NCBI RefSeq assembly: GCF_009914755.1
Contig: NC_060937.1
DNA from: the human T2T-CHM13v2.0 reference genome, Homo sapiens
Strand: one strand, 5' to 3'
DNA length: 64,000 nt
Shown: one piece after another, positions 41,241 to 54,456 of the stretch
How the letters are laid out: the number at the start of each line of letters is the position of its first letter
Position numbering within the stretch: the stretch's first letter is position 1
Notes under the pieces: model-generated
Database searches by the model: none
What the model saw: the letters and a program-made list of their open reading frames with translations, nothing else
Told to the model about the DNA's origin: nothing
Translations under genes and position numbers: made by a program

Positions 41241-42479
41241 TATAAAACCATAATATACCACACTAATTAAACACTAAAGTGTATATTATTTCCCACATAA
41301 AACATTTTTAAACTAATCTATAATATACAAGTAGAGCCCAAACTTGTAAATCATGTCACTCTGACACTCCTACATAGTAAATCCAACTGTTTTATTCTAA
41401 ATTGTCTTTATTTTGAATTCTCACTTAAGATACAGTCCTAGCTTTCTTTTTCCCTTCTGTGCCCAACTTCTTGAAAGAGTAGCACCCAATTACTGTACAA
41501 ATTTTCACTTTTAATTTAAAATAAGAATATTTTATCTTATCATTGATGATGAAACTCTCAATCACTAATTAACTAATGAATTCCTAACCACTATTTTCAA
41601 GAAAGAATTTTATGGCTTTGTTTGAATGTTTTTCCACATTTAACGCTGCTCACCATACATTCTTTCAAATTTGCTTTATTTATTTTTACTTCACTATTGT
41701 TTAAATTACATATTACATAGCACATAGTAAATTCACAACAAATTTCTATTTAAATTTATGTTTTGCTTCTGAAATTTTTGACAAGTTACACATACAGCTC
41801 ATTAATAGCAATATCTTAATGCAATAGTCAACTTCCTTGTTTCCAGTGTCTTTAAAAATTTAGCACGAAAAAAGTGAGCACCTAAAAACAGGGCCAGAGT
41901 GATCCTTGTATGGTCAAAACATAATGTAAGAAATCTAATTTATAAATATGTTACATTTATCAGAAAAATAGGTATACTTAAATCATATGTTCTTTTATAA
42001 TAACAATATTAATTTCACTATGTATGGAAACTTTTAGGAAGAAAAAATTCACCAGGTTTTTGTTGTTGTTGTTGTTTTACTCTGTATCATCAGTTTTGAA
42101 TAGGTATTCAAAAACCATTCACAATAATGAATATAATAAATAAAGATGCAGAATTCATCTTAGTGGTGTTATTAGTGCTTCCAGTAAAACTTTATCTGCT
42201 GTTTGCCCAAGATATTTAAGGAAGAATAAACTTATCAAATATGAATGTGTACTTTTTCTATCAGTTAATGTGAGCTAATAAATGCATTTAATATCTCTGA
42301 TTAAAATGCATGAGTTCCCTGATGATTAAATCATTCTTGGTAATAGCTAGGTTCAAATTTTAATTATTTTAACTACTTGCTTAGAAGACTGACTTCCTAT
42401 TTTCTTCTCGAATTCTACTCCAGATTTTATCCTATGGTGGGGAAGAGGCAAACTGTGAGATGTGTTCCGAAGGGACTTT

Positions 42480-42494
42480 GTTGCCATCTTGTGG
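42480..42494 (-). promoter_or_regulatory. Candidate CTCF motif
   Basis: Minus strand CCACAAGATGGCAAC resembles the CTCF core CCASYAGRKGGCRS. Motif match only. Confidence 0.35.
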
Positions 42495-43064
42495 TTCATT
42501 AAATTATGTTTCTGGTTTTTTGCTTTCCAACTTGATCACTAAGCTCCACAATTAAAGCTAACACCAAGATCTATCTTGAATTCTTAAATTCCATTCCAAC
42601 CCTGAAAATTTGTAAATACATTTCCATTTGCATGCCATGCAAGGTGGTCGTCTTCTGTGTAAACATCCCATGTCCATTTTTGCTTTTATGCATTTACTAA
42701 GCCAGTTTTTGTCTCCTAGAATGTTCCACTCTCATTCCTTCATTCCACATTTTTGATATTTGTCCACTCATCAAGGCCAAACTATAAATAATACCTCCTC
42801 CATCAAAGCTTCCTGAACTCCCTTAGGTCACAATGGTTCATCGTTTGAAAATAGTTATTTTATTTAAAGTCAGCGAAAAAGAAAACCCACAGAATTTAGG
42901 TCCTCACTGAATTAGAAATATTATTTTAAACAATTTAATTATAAAAATGTTTAAAATATGTAAAAATAGGGACAATGATTCCATGAATCCTCATGTACCC
43001 ATTACCCAGAAACACAATTATGTATTTATGGCCATTCATCAAATTTACAACCTTACTACAATAG

Positions 43065-43228
43065 GTGGGCTTGTCTGGGAGCTTGCTAGACAAGTAGAAT
43101 CTCAGGTCCTGCGGCAAAAGTACTGAATTAGAATCTGCATTCTCAGAATCATCTGAGAATCATACATGTTAAACTTCTTAAACATCTTAAAGATGATTCT
43201 CATGTATGTTAAACTTTAAGAAGTGTTA
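43065..43228. mobile_element. MER5-family fragment
   Basis: ctgggagcttgctaga...agaatctcaggtcc...tactgaattagaatctgcatt...gatgattctcatgtatgttaaactttaagaa. Confidence 0.65.
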
Positions 43229-43329
43229 GCCTATAGTATAACCCACTTCTCTACTACTAACATTGGATTTTTTAAATTCCAAATATATCATATCCTCTTT
43301 AAATAATCCAATAAGCATCTCTTAGAAAG

Positions 43330-44022
43330 TTTTTGGTGCATAGAAATAGTATTGATTTTTATGTTAATTTTTTATCCAGAAACTTTACTGCATTCATTTA
43401 TCAGTTTGAACACTTTTTGTGGAATATTTAGGGTTTTCTATATATAAGACCATGTTATGAGGAAATAGTGACAATTTCACTTCTTTTCTTATTTGGAGGT
43501 CTTTTACTTATTTATCCTGTCTCATTAGTCTAACAAGGACCTCTGATACTATATTGAATAGAAGTGGTGAGAACAGGCACCCTTGTCTTGTTTCAAGGTC
43601 TTATATAAAAAGTGTCAGTTTTTCACCATTAACTATGTTAACTGTGGGCTCATCATACATGGCATTTATTGTATTGAGGTCCATTTCTTCTATATGTAAT
43701 TTGGTGAGAGTTTTTTTGAAAAGATGTTTAATTTTGTCAGATGTTGTTTCTGCATCTAATGGGATGACTATATTTGTTTTTCTTTTATTTGGATAATATG
43801 GTGTATCACATTTATTGATCTGCATATGTTGAACCATCCATGCATCCTATGGATAAAGCACACTTGATAATGGTGAATGATCCTTTTAATTGTTGTTGAA
43901 TTCTGTTTGCTAGTATTTTGTTGAGAATTTTTGTATCTACTTTCATCAAGGATATTGGTCTGTAGCTTTTTGTGTGTGTGTGTGATGTCCTTATGTGGCT
44001 CTGGTGTGATAATGCTGGTCGC
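43330..44022 (-). mobile_element. L1 ORF2 reverse-transcriptase region fragment
   Basis: ORFs 43812..44024 ([24 protein letters not shown]) and 43601..43837 (PTVNIVNGEKL) are frameshifted L1 RT motifs. Confidence 0.9.
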
Positions 44023-44404
44023 AAAAATTAAGATTCTTTTTTAAAAAAACATATTCACAATATTGTCATTATACTATTAAAATACAAAATTATTATCAAT
44101 AATTTTAGTATTTAATTCTTCCTATATGAATCACAAATGCTTTTACTTATAATTTATTTATTAAAGTTAGGATCTAAACAAAGCCACATATGACATTTTA
44201 TTGAAGTGTGCTTTGAGTCTGTCAAGTAAAATTACCTTTACCACTATCTTCCTTTTTCTTACAATTTATTTACTGAATAAAGTTAGTAACTTCTTAAAGA
44301 GTTTTTAATATTTGTGATTAGGCTGATTGCAGGTCAAGGGCAGGGATATACACAATTAGTCTAAAGAATCTACAGAATTCTATATAGTTATGTATAAGAT
44401 TCTG

Positions 44405-44890
44405 TTTTAATTATCTACAGCTACAGTCATATGATGTAACAAACCACTACAAAACTCCTTGGCCAATACCACTGGAATTGATTACATGTCTGTGGTCAGA
44501 TAGGATAGAGGATAGCTAGGTGATTTGCTGATATTGGCTGAGTGCTCTCATATGTTTGAGGTTCAACTTGGAAAAGTAGGTTGCCTCAGTTTTGTTCCTC
44601 ATGGTCTCTCATCCTCCAGAAAATCATCCTAAGCTGATTCTCATGGCACATATAGGAATCTAAGAACAGAAGCATGCAAGTCCTGTCTCTGCAGGCCTAA
44701 GCATAGAACTGGCACATTTTCATCTTACTACTGTTATTGGTTAACTCTAATTACAAGGCAACCCAGATTGAAGGGGTGGGAAAAACGGATTCACCTCAGT
44801 GTGAGGACTTGCAAAAATACATTGCAAAATTCATGAATAAAGGAAGGATTGAGAATAAGGATCTTTTTTTCATTTTTCAACTAACCACAT
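44405..44890 (-). mobile_element. Old MaLR LTR (MLT1H/I-like)
   Basis: tgtaacaaaccactacaaaactc...ggtctctcatcctccag...agaactggcaca...ccagattgaaggggtgggaaa. Confidence 0.7.
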
Positions 44891-45242
44891 ATTTTTAAAT
44901 AATATTTTACTGTAAATTTAAAAAATAATGTCCAATGCTATGTCATTTTATGGGCAGTTTTACAGTAAAAATTAGTTAATATTTAATTTACTTAAGTATT
45001 CTTTAAACATATAATAAAATATATTATTCCAACCTAAGATTTTTGAAATTTGTATGTGTTAATGGCAAAAGACATCATTTTTTAACATTTTAAATTTTAT
45101 TTCATGTGATTTTGATCTTATTTATTTAAGAAGCATTTATCTTTCCCAGTGAAGATAATTGTTTTTATTGATTTTATATAATTATTGGTAATTTTCTTAT
45201 ACAATGATCAAATCTCTTATACTAAAAAAATTGCTGTGTGAG

Positions 45243-45276
<34 letters not shown>

Positions 45277-45959
45277 CATTAACACACATACACACATGCT
45301 GTTTGGAGATCCTAGGTGACACACAAATATATAAATAGTAAATAAATAAATAAAAGAAAGAAAATACAAGAAAAAATGGGAGCTTGATCTCCTTATACTA
45401 TGTTGGCCACCATCACTGTCATTGCCCCTTCTACTACTCCTTGAAAGTGTAAATGTCAGTGTCTTCAAACATAGGTGGACTTCTCACCACTGATTATCAG
45501 CTGAGACAAATATAAACCTACAACTTCTTTCAAGGCCTTAGGGAATAGTGCCCAGACTTAGGCCTATGTCTACACTGCAAAGTAGATTTCCATTCCAGAA
45601 CATCTAGGCTAACTTATCTTTGAGGTACTAATGAAGAGAGGCATAGGTTTTTCATATGTTGCTTTTTAGGATTCATCAATAAGCCACTAATTGATAGTAC
45701 CCTATGTACAGTAAGATTTCCTAAACTATTATTTATTTGGAATACTAATTATCAAATGATTCTATATTGAATAATATATTGTTATACAATTGTTTACTGT
45801 GTTAATTTAAATTTACCTAATACCTCTAAATGAGAATGTATTTTAAATTTTTATTTTAAAATATAGAGTTATTTTTCCTTGACTTTCTAAAAGAGATGTT
45901 TGAATTTGATTTCTCCATACACAACTTGTTGGTGTCTTAAATGCCTGACAATTTCGATT

Positions 45960-46210
45960 GCTTTTCTTTTCCTTCCTTCGCTTCCTTCCCTCCTTTCTTC
46001 CTTCCTTTTCTTGCTTTCTTCTTTCTTCTTCTTTCCTTTTTTTTTTTTTTTTTTGAGACAAGATCTGGCTCTATTGCCCAGCTTTTTGAGTAACTGGAAC
46101 TACAGGTGTGTGCCAGCATGTCTAGTTAATTTTTGTATTTTTTTGTAGCGGTTTCCCCATGTTGCCCAGGCTGGTGTCCAATTCGCAGGCATGAGCCACC
46201 ACACACAGCT
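45960..46210 (-). mobile_element. Internally deleted AluJ-like element with a pyrimidine-rich (TTCC/TTC) tail extension
   Basis: T-run, gagacaagatctggctctattgcccag...ccatgttgcccaggctgg...catgagccacc. Confidence 0.75.
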
Positions 46211-47206
46211 ACTTTTCTTTAAAAGAATTTATTTTCACAATCGGTGTTAATGGAGAGGCCATTGAATAGATTTTAATGGTAAAATTAGTTATTTTTAAAT
46301 TTGAATACAATATATGAAACTAACCTGAAATTAAAGACCTGAATTCCATTTCTAGATGGTGTCCTAATGTCTTGATATTTAAGATAATGCTGCTTTCTGT
46401 AATAGGTAAAAATACAAATCTCAGTAGCTTAGCTCAATAGAGGTTTGTTTTCTTCTTTATGTGAATTAAAAATTGATATGTCTGGATTGGTAGCATAGCA
46501 GAACAGGTCTCTACTCCACAGAAAAATTCAGATTCTCAGGCTAACAGAGGCTATTTCATCTATACATGGATTCTAGAGGTCCCTATTATCAATGATTATC
46601 TTACAGAAAGAGGGTGAAACAAGTTAACAACTCATATGAGAGATTGTCATCAGCCAGGTCTGGGAATGCTGAGTTCCTTGGCCTAAGGAAACATAACTAA
46701 GAAGGTATGTTTGAAATAAAACAAAATGAATTTCATACAAAAACTAGCTTTTCACTATGATAATGTTATTGATAATTGTGCTATATGTTGAATTATATAT
46801 TAGTTGCATCAAGAGACACATACAAATTGATGCCGTTGGGGAAAACAAACAGTTAATTTGAAGGACAAGTACCTGACTTTAACTCTGCCAAAATTTAACA
46901 TTTCTCGATATTTATTTTCTCATCTGTAAAATAAAGTTCTTAGCCACATCAGTTGATCTCACCATTGCATGAATCTCAGATTTACTTGAGAATTAGATGC
47001 ACTTTCTTAAAAATTAAAGTACATATATATGCACATTACACATATTTGCATACGGATTGTAGAAACCCTATGACACTAAGTCTAATATTTGTAACTATAA
47101 TACACTTAAACTTAAATACACTTAAATACACTTAAAAAATAACTTCAAGGTCTTCCATAAGAAATATCTTATATGTCTGTTTCTATGAATATATTTGGTG
47201 AGAAGG

Positions 47207-47568
47207 TAATATGATTTGACTCTGTGTCCCCACTCAAATCTCACCTTGAATTGTAATAATCCTGAAGTGTTGTGGGATAGACCCACTGGGATGTAATTGA
47301 ATCATGGGGGCGTGTTTTTCCTGTGGTGTTATTGTGATAGTGAATAAGTCTCATGAGATCTGATATATAAAGAGGAGTTATATAAAGAGGAGTTCCCCTA
47401 CACAAGCTCTCTTGCCTGCCTCCAAATAAGATGTGACTTTGCTCCTCATTCACCTTCAGCCATGATTGTGAGGCCTCTCCAGCCATGTGGAACAAGAAAC
47501 CTCTTTTCTTTATAAATTACCCAGTCTCCATTATGTTTTCATTAGCAGTGTGAGAACAGACTAATACA
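47207..47568 (+). mobile_element. THE1 solo LTR (THE1B/C-like)
   Basis: taatatgatttgactctgtgtccccac...gagaacagactaataca; perfect 5 bp TSD GAAGG (47202-47206 / 47569-47573). Confidence 0.95.
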
Positions 47569-49530
47569 GAAGGTATCTGCAGACATTGATGCATACATTA
47601 ATGTTTTTATTAATGGTTTCAAGAAAGAAAGAAAGGAAAAAGAACATGTCACTGTTTGGCTGGCCAAACTTGAGTAACTTTAATAATAATTCGTTTTACA
47701 ATTGCACTATTAGTTCTTTCCTATGTGAGGTTGATATTTCTAATTTTCTGCCTAGAGAATTATTTTTGAAGAATAATTGGGTAAGCAGTGTGAAGAGATA
47801 GATTGGTCAGATTCTTTAAAAATATGATAGATTTTGGATACTGAGAATGTTTCCTTTTATAGAAGTTTTTTGTCTTGAATGGGGGAGAGAGAAAATATTT
47901 CTTTACCTTTAGTTGCTTTCCCTGAGTTGCTCATATATCACAGAACATAACATGGCAAGAGAAAAATTGATTATCTGGGTATAAGTATTAAGGATGAAAA
48001 CAATTCCATTAATTTTATCCATTACTCTTTTTCTGTCCTAACATTTGGAATAACTGGACAGTGTCAGCTATTTTTGTGGTGATAAATAACAGGGCTATTA
48101 TAGAACTAAGGTGTTTTTGGATCATTCATACTTGAATTATAGGATGAAAAATGTGTAAGTTAAAGGCTTTTAAAATTTCTGTTTTCACTAAAATTTATGG
48201 TTAACCCATAGTTTCTGCCTGTATTTGTGCCAATATCATAAGCATTCTCTATTTTTTAATAGACAATCAGATGTATATATAACATTATCTATACACTACA
48301 TTCATTGTTAGACACATAAACACAACTTCTGATTTCTTGTCTCCCTGCTTAGTGGGATTAACTATTGTTTGGGAGTTATGGAAAAGTGAGACCTTAATAG
48401 ACATACTGAATTGCCCAATACTGTGCTACTGCAGCTGTTTCTGTAGTAGTATCATATATTTTTGTGGTATAATACTATCTAAAGTCCAATTTATGCACTT
48501 TTAAAGTCAAAGTTATCATGTCATTTATTTGGTCACCCTTCAAGACCGCTCTCTCCACTCATAAAGCATTGCAAATAAATTTTGACTACCATATTCTTAT
48601 TGGTCCTTTCTCAGACTTTAAGTTTTAAAATGCATTTTGGAAGCTAATGGTACGGACAATAGCTTTGAAAGATTTACTTTTTGAATTGCAAGTACAAACC
48701 GACATCCTAATTCAAAGAACTTGGAAATATGTGTGATCAGATAAGATGAGTTTTTCTGACTTTTCGAGACTACATAAAGAGCGCATAGCTAATAAGGAGG
48801 ACTAAAAAAGAAAACCTAGATGAAGAGGCAAGAAAATAGATATTGTAATATTTTTGAAGACGATCCTTTAACAGTGGTAATTCCAAAGTTGGTAAGCAAT
48901 TGAACTTCCCACAAAGCTTGCAGGTCTGAAAATGTAGAAAGGCAAATCCGTAATGTAAGGATGTTATCTTAGTCGTAACTGTAGAGAGAAAAAGGAGGTA
49001 CATTTTAAATTGATTTGTTTTAATTGCAAAATTGACTAAGTGTGCTCTGAATTTACAATGATTGCCTCTATCTACCTCAGATGGCATAGGCTCTGAAAAG
49101 AAAACTAATTTAGATTTTGAAAAAATAAAATTATGCATTTACACTTCAGGTATGGTTTAAAAGCTCACTCAGTTTATTTGTTCTGCACTACATACTTCTC
49201 AGAATAGTTTCATACTTTCTGTGTCAGTGTTTCTCATTAAACAGCTAGATTAGATTCATAACAAGTAAGAGAAACTGAAGGTTATAATGGCTAAGAGAGT
49301 AGCATAAAATAGGCAGTAAGTGAAGGAGACTGAATTAAATTTCATGTTTCCTGATAACCTTTCCTGACCTTGCCAAAAATATGCCTGTGATCCATACATT
49401 TACTAGACAAGCTGAGTTGAGTAAAATCAAATCACCTTTTGTATGTATATAACACATAATTGGTGGTGAAGCTCCATGCAGTTTAAAAAAAAAACTGCTC
49501 TGAGTAGTCCTCTCATAGCCATCTCTCTCT

Positions 49531-51100
49531 CTATATATAATATATTATATTTATATAATTTATATATTATATATTAAATTATATATTTTAAATATTGTAC
49601 ATGTATAATATATAAATAGATATAATATATTTATATATATTTAAATTTTTATATTTTTTATTTATATTTTATATATTTTATATGTATTATATATATAATC
49701 TATAAAATATATATTATATATTATATATTCTATAAATCTATATTATGTTATATATTATGTATAAATATATATTATATATTATGTATAAATATATATTATA
49801 TATTATGTATAAATATATATTATATATTATGTATAAATATATATTATATATTATGTATAAATATATATTATATATTATGTATAAATATATATTATTTATT
49901 ATGTATAAATATATATTATATATTATGTATAAATATATATTTTATATATATTTCATATATTTTAAAATATATTTTATATATTATATATTTCATATATTTT
50001 AAAATATATTTTATATATTATATATTTCATATATTTTAAAATATATTTTATATATATTATATACAAATCATATATGTTTATATAATTTATATATTTTATA
50101 TAAAATTATATGTAATTATATATAGATTATATATAAATATAGATTAAATATAAATAATTATATATATTCTATATATAAATTTTATAAAATATATGAAAAT
50201 AATATATATGTTTAATTTATGTACTTTATATAAAAATTATATATAATTGTATATAATTAATAATTTATATATTTTATATAAAAATTATATATAATTATAT
50301 AAAATTATATATAATTATATGAAAATTATATATAATTATATAAAAGTTATATATATGTTTATATAATTTATATATTTTATATATAAATGTTATATATCAA
50401 TATATTATATAATATATAAATAATATATAAATATATTATATAATGTATAAATATATTATATAGTATATAGATATATTCCATAATATATAAATAGATTTAT
50501 TTATACATAATTATATATTTATTTATAAGTTATATTTATATATTGATATATTATATATGTTTATATATTATATAACATTTATATACAAAATATATACATT
50601 ATATAAACATATATGATATATAATTTTTATGTAAAATATATAAATTATATAAGCATATATTATACATAATTTATATATAAATATATAGGAATTTTTTACA
50701 ATATATAAGTATATTTTATATACTATATCAATATATAATATAAAACATATTATATATTTATGAAATATATAAATATATGTTATATATTATAAAATATATT
50801 ATATATATTTATGAAATATATAAATATATGTTATATATTATAAAATATATTTATATATTTATGAAATATATAAATATATGTTATATATTATAAAATATAA
50901 AGATAAATATATAAACATAAATATGTAATATGTATAGATATGAATATTTTATAAATATATATTATATATAATTATATAGTTTTTATATAATTATATATAA
51001 TATGTAATTATTTATAGAATTATATGCACTTATTTTTGTATGATTATATATAACCTAATATATAATATTATATATTATATATAATCATAAATACATATAG
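49531..51100. repeat. AT-rich low-complexity and minisatellite cluster
   Basis: 24-bp unit tatattatgtataaatatatatta x~8 (49751-49940), plus ~37, ~20 and ~51 bp tandem units. Confidence 0.95.
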
Positions 51101-51459
51101 ATATATGTGAAGCACAGTAAAGTGAAGTATAATAAAATAATGTATGCCTGTACATTGGTGGTTAGCAGAAGCTGAGGTAGCTAGTGTGCAGGGGGCATAG
51201 GAGATGTTAACCAAAGTATACATAATTTTAGTTAAATAGAAGGAATACATTTCAAGAGATCTATTGTACAGCATGGTGCCTATAATTAATGATAACATAT
51301 TGTATTCTCGAAAAACTTTAAAGAGAGTTATGCACTCTCAGTATAAAAAATGTTCTGTGCTCCATAGAAATGTTATGTGATCTCACCATAGAAAATAACT
51401 ATTGAAGGGAATGCATTCACTAGTTGGCTATATTTAACCACTTCACAAAGCATATACTC

Positions 51460-51895
51460 ATTTTATTTTATTTATGTTATTTTATTTTATTTTATATTTT
51501 ATTTTATTTTATTTTATTTATTTTATTTTATTTTATATTTTATTTTATTTTATTTTATTTTATTTTATTTTATTTTATATTTTATTTTATTATTTTAATT
51601 TTATTTTATTTTGAGACGGAGTCTCGCTCTGTTGCCCAGGCTGGAGTGCAGTGGTGCGATCTCGGCTCACTGCCAGCTTTACCTCCTGGGTTCACGCCAT
51701 TCTCCTGCCTCAGCCTCCTGAGTAGCTGGGACTACAGTTGCCCGCCACCACGCCTGGCTAATTTTTTTGTATTTTTTAGTAGAGACGGGGTTTCACCATG
51801 TTAGCAAGGATGGTCTCGATCTCCTGACCTCGTGATCCACCTGCCTTGGCCTCCCAAAGTGCTAGGATTACAGGCGTGAGCCACTGCACCCGGCC
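51460..51895 (-). mobile_element. AluY with long (TTTTA)n tail
   Basis: Diagnostic ttcacgccattctcc and gatggtctcgatctcctgacctcgtgatcc; TSD agcatatact (51449) / agcatatact (51896). Confidence 0.95.
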
Positions 51896-51911
51896 AGCAT
51901 ATACTTTAGAA

Positions 51912-52484
51912 CAGCAGTCCCCAGCCTTTTTGTCACCAGGGACCCGTTTTGTGGAAGTCAAATTTTCCATGGATCAGGGGGTTGGTGGGAGGGTGGTTTT
52001 GGGATGATTCAAATGCATTACATTTACTGTGCACTTTATTTCTAGTATGATTACACTGTGATATATAATGAAATAATTGTACAACTCATGACAATGTATA
52101 ATCTGTGGGAGCCCTGAGCTTGTTTTCCTGCAACTAGATGGCCCCATCTGGGGGTGATGGGAGACAGTGACAGATTCTCATTAGATTCTTATTAGATTCT
52201 CATAATGAATCTAAATCGAGATTTGCATTAGATTATCATAAGAAGCTCACAATCTAGATCCTTTGCATACACAGTTCACAATAGGGTTCCCACTCATATG
52301 AGAATCTAATGCGCTGTTGATCTGACAGGAGGTGGAGCTCAGGTGGTAATGCCAACAGTGGGGAGAGGCTGGAAATACAGATGAAGCTTAGCTAGCTTGC
52401 TTGCCACTCATCTGCTGGGCGGTCCCATTCCCAACAGGCCATGGACTGGTACTGGTTTGTGGCCCAGCTGTTCGGGACCCTGTG
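51912..52484. mobile_element. MER1A (hAT-Charlie)
   Basis: cagcagtccccagcctttttgtcaccagggac...gttcgggaccctg; flanking 8-mers ctttagaa / ttttaaaa. Confidence 0.9.
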
Positions 52485-53577
52485 TTTTAAAACATCATAT
52501 TGTACACGTTAAAAACTCATTATTGGTACATTTAATTTTTTAAAAAATGAATGATAGGCAAAATTGTCAATTTAGCCTCAGCACTGTGCAGGAAAAATAG
52601 AGTTATGATTTAAAACTTAGTCACCTTGATATTTATGACAGATTTTTTTCAGCAACAGAAATCTGTAAATGAAGCAATTACAGTCTGACGACATCTCATA
52701 TTTGAACCATGTAAAATCACACTCCTTATTATCATTCAATAATTCTAATGAAAATTTCTGATTGTGATTTGGTTTCCCAAATTGATTGTTTTGGCCACAC
52801 AAGAAAATATGTTGGTTTGTGTGACAATTATATTGCTCACCATAAACTAGTATATTAATTGATCTGTTGGTATATATTTCAATTTTTGTGAGTTTAGTTA
52901 GTGTTGTCAGCCTAATTAAATACAACGAACTCTGGGACACAGATAAGAATGTGTATTTTCTAACGTGACAGTTTTAGTAGTCAGGGTCTGGGCTGTGGAC
53001 CCTGGACCTCAACACCATGATTGATGAAGTCTGTTGGAAAAACTGATAGGATTTATTTGGTCTAAACCCTTAAATAGCCTCTGGTCTCTTTCTGCCCTTT
53101 GCATCTTTCTTACAGTAATTTTGAATTACTTGTTGTGTTGGTATAGGATAGCTTAAAAAATGTAATCACTCTAAAAGAGCCTGGTGTATGGATTGGCCTT
53201 TAAAAAGCACTCATTAATGTTCCCTCAGCTTCCTCCAACACTTAATACCTTAGAGACTATAGATGGAGCATTCCACCCTGCTGATTTCCTACTTCTTCAT
53301 GAGTTCAAAGACATTGTCATAATACTATTCAGTCTTATTGTGAAGAGAAAACCTGTGTAATGGTTGCATATTGTAAAATGTCACATGGATGTTAGTTTTT
53401 TTCCATATGAATATATAGTGTGCTCATTCCATCCACTATACTTTCACATAACAGCAATTAACAATAAAACAATGTGGAGGTGTCTCAATTGGATGATTCT
53501 CAAATTGCTTCCTTTATTAGAATACCAATGGAGTGTTTCAAACCATATGGTTAATTTTCTCTAATAACACTATACAT

Positions 53578-53581
<4 letters not shown>

Positions 53582-53613
<32 letters not shown>
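53582..53613. repeat. (TG)n microsatellite
   Basis: About 16 uninterrupted TG units. Confidence 0.95.
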
Positions 53614-53614
<1 letters not shown>

Positions 53615-54347
53615 TGATATAACAAGGGCTACAAAAGTAAACTCAGAATCAGTTTAGCCACAATTAGGCCATTTTCTATGGCCCACCAATAAGTATCAAC
53701 TCTAGTTACAATAACCTTGCTTCTCGGTGCAATTTAAATTTATCTCATGTCTATTTTTATACTCTTCCTCATATGGTTAAATGTTAATAATACTTGCCCT
53801 CTTTAAACATCTCTCTGTATAATGAAAATCACTATTCTTGGAATCTTAAGTTCATTTATCATGTCATGGCCTCCATAAATCATATACATTTTACCACATT
53901 AGATTTGATGTCTAGGATGCACATAATCAAGATGAATGCTGCTCTCATAATTATAGCTTCAAACCTGTGATTCAATGGGCTGCCATAATCATCTTTACGA
54001 AAGATCACCCCACATATACTGATAATTTTATACAATTTGCTTAATCATTGTTGAAAGCTATATCTCAGAAGTAAAATTCAGAAAGTCAGTCCTTATAGAA
54101 CAACCACTGTATAAAGTTCACTAAGCTTACTTCCACTTATATATTATGAATAATATGTTAAATATCACGCAGTGTAACTTTTAACACTGCATTGATAATA
54201 TTCTATTACCAGAGACAACTTACATTATCAAACATTTTATATTCCAGAGTAGATTTCACTTCTCTTCCGGCTATATTTTAAAAAGTCAGCTATATTATCT
54301 CGTCAGAACTGTTATAAACTAGATTCATTAGTTTTAACCAATAAATT

Positions 54348-54456
54348 TATATATATATAATATATATAATATATTATATATATAATACATATAATATATT
54401 ATATATAATATATATAATATATTATATATAATATATATAATATATTATATATATAT
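54348..54456. repeat. TA-rich minisatellite
   Basis: Repeated ~28-30 bp unit built on tataatatattatata. Confidence 0.9.

Larger units (their letters stand above)
51153..52545 (+). mobile_element. L1MA4/5-like 3' end, interrupted by AluY and MER1A
   Basis: ttcaagagatctattgtacagcatggtg...aaccacttcacaa[insertions]aaaacatcatattgtacac. Confidence 0.75.

Noticed and set aside
48770-49138. 122 aa minus-strand ORF in unique DNA
   Set aside because: The F/L-rich composition is typical of chance AT-rich frames, and no domain is recognisable.
49745-50002. (MYKYILYI)n ORF
   Set aside because: It is the translation of a 24 bp AT minisatellite.
51424-51804. Hydrophobic FILFY-rich 126 aa ORF
   Set aside because: It is (TTTTA)n plus antisense Alu; the Alu-derived ORFs at 23438-23730 and 26222-26551 are rejected for the same reason.
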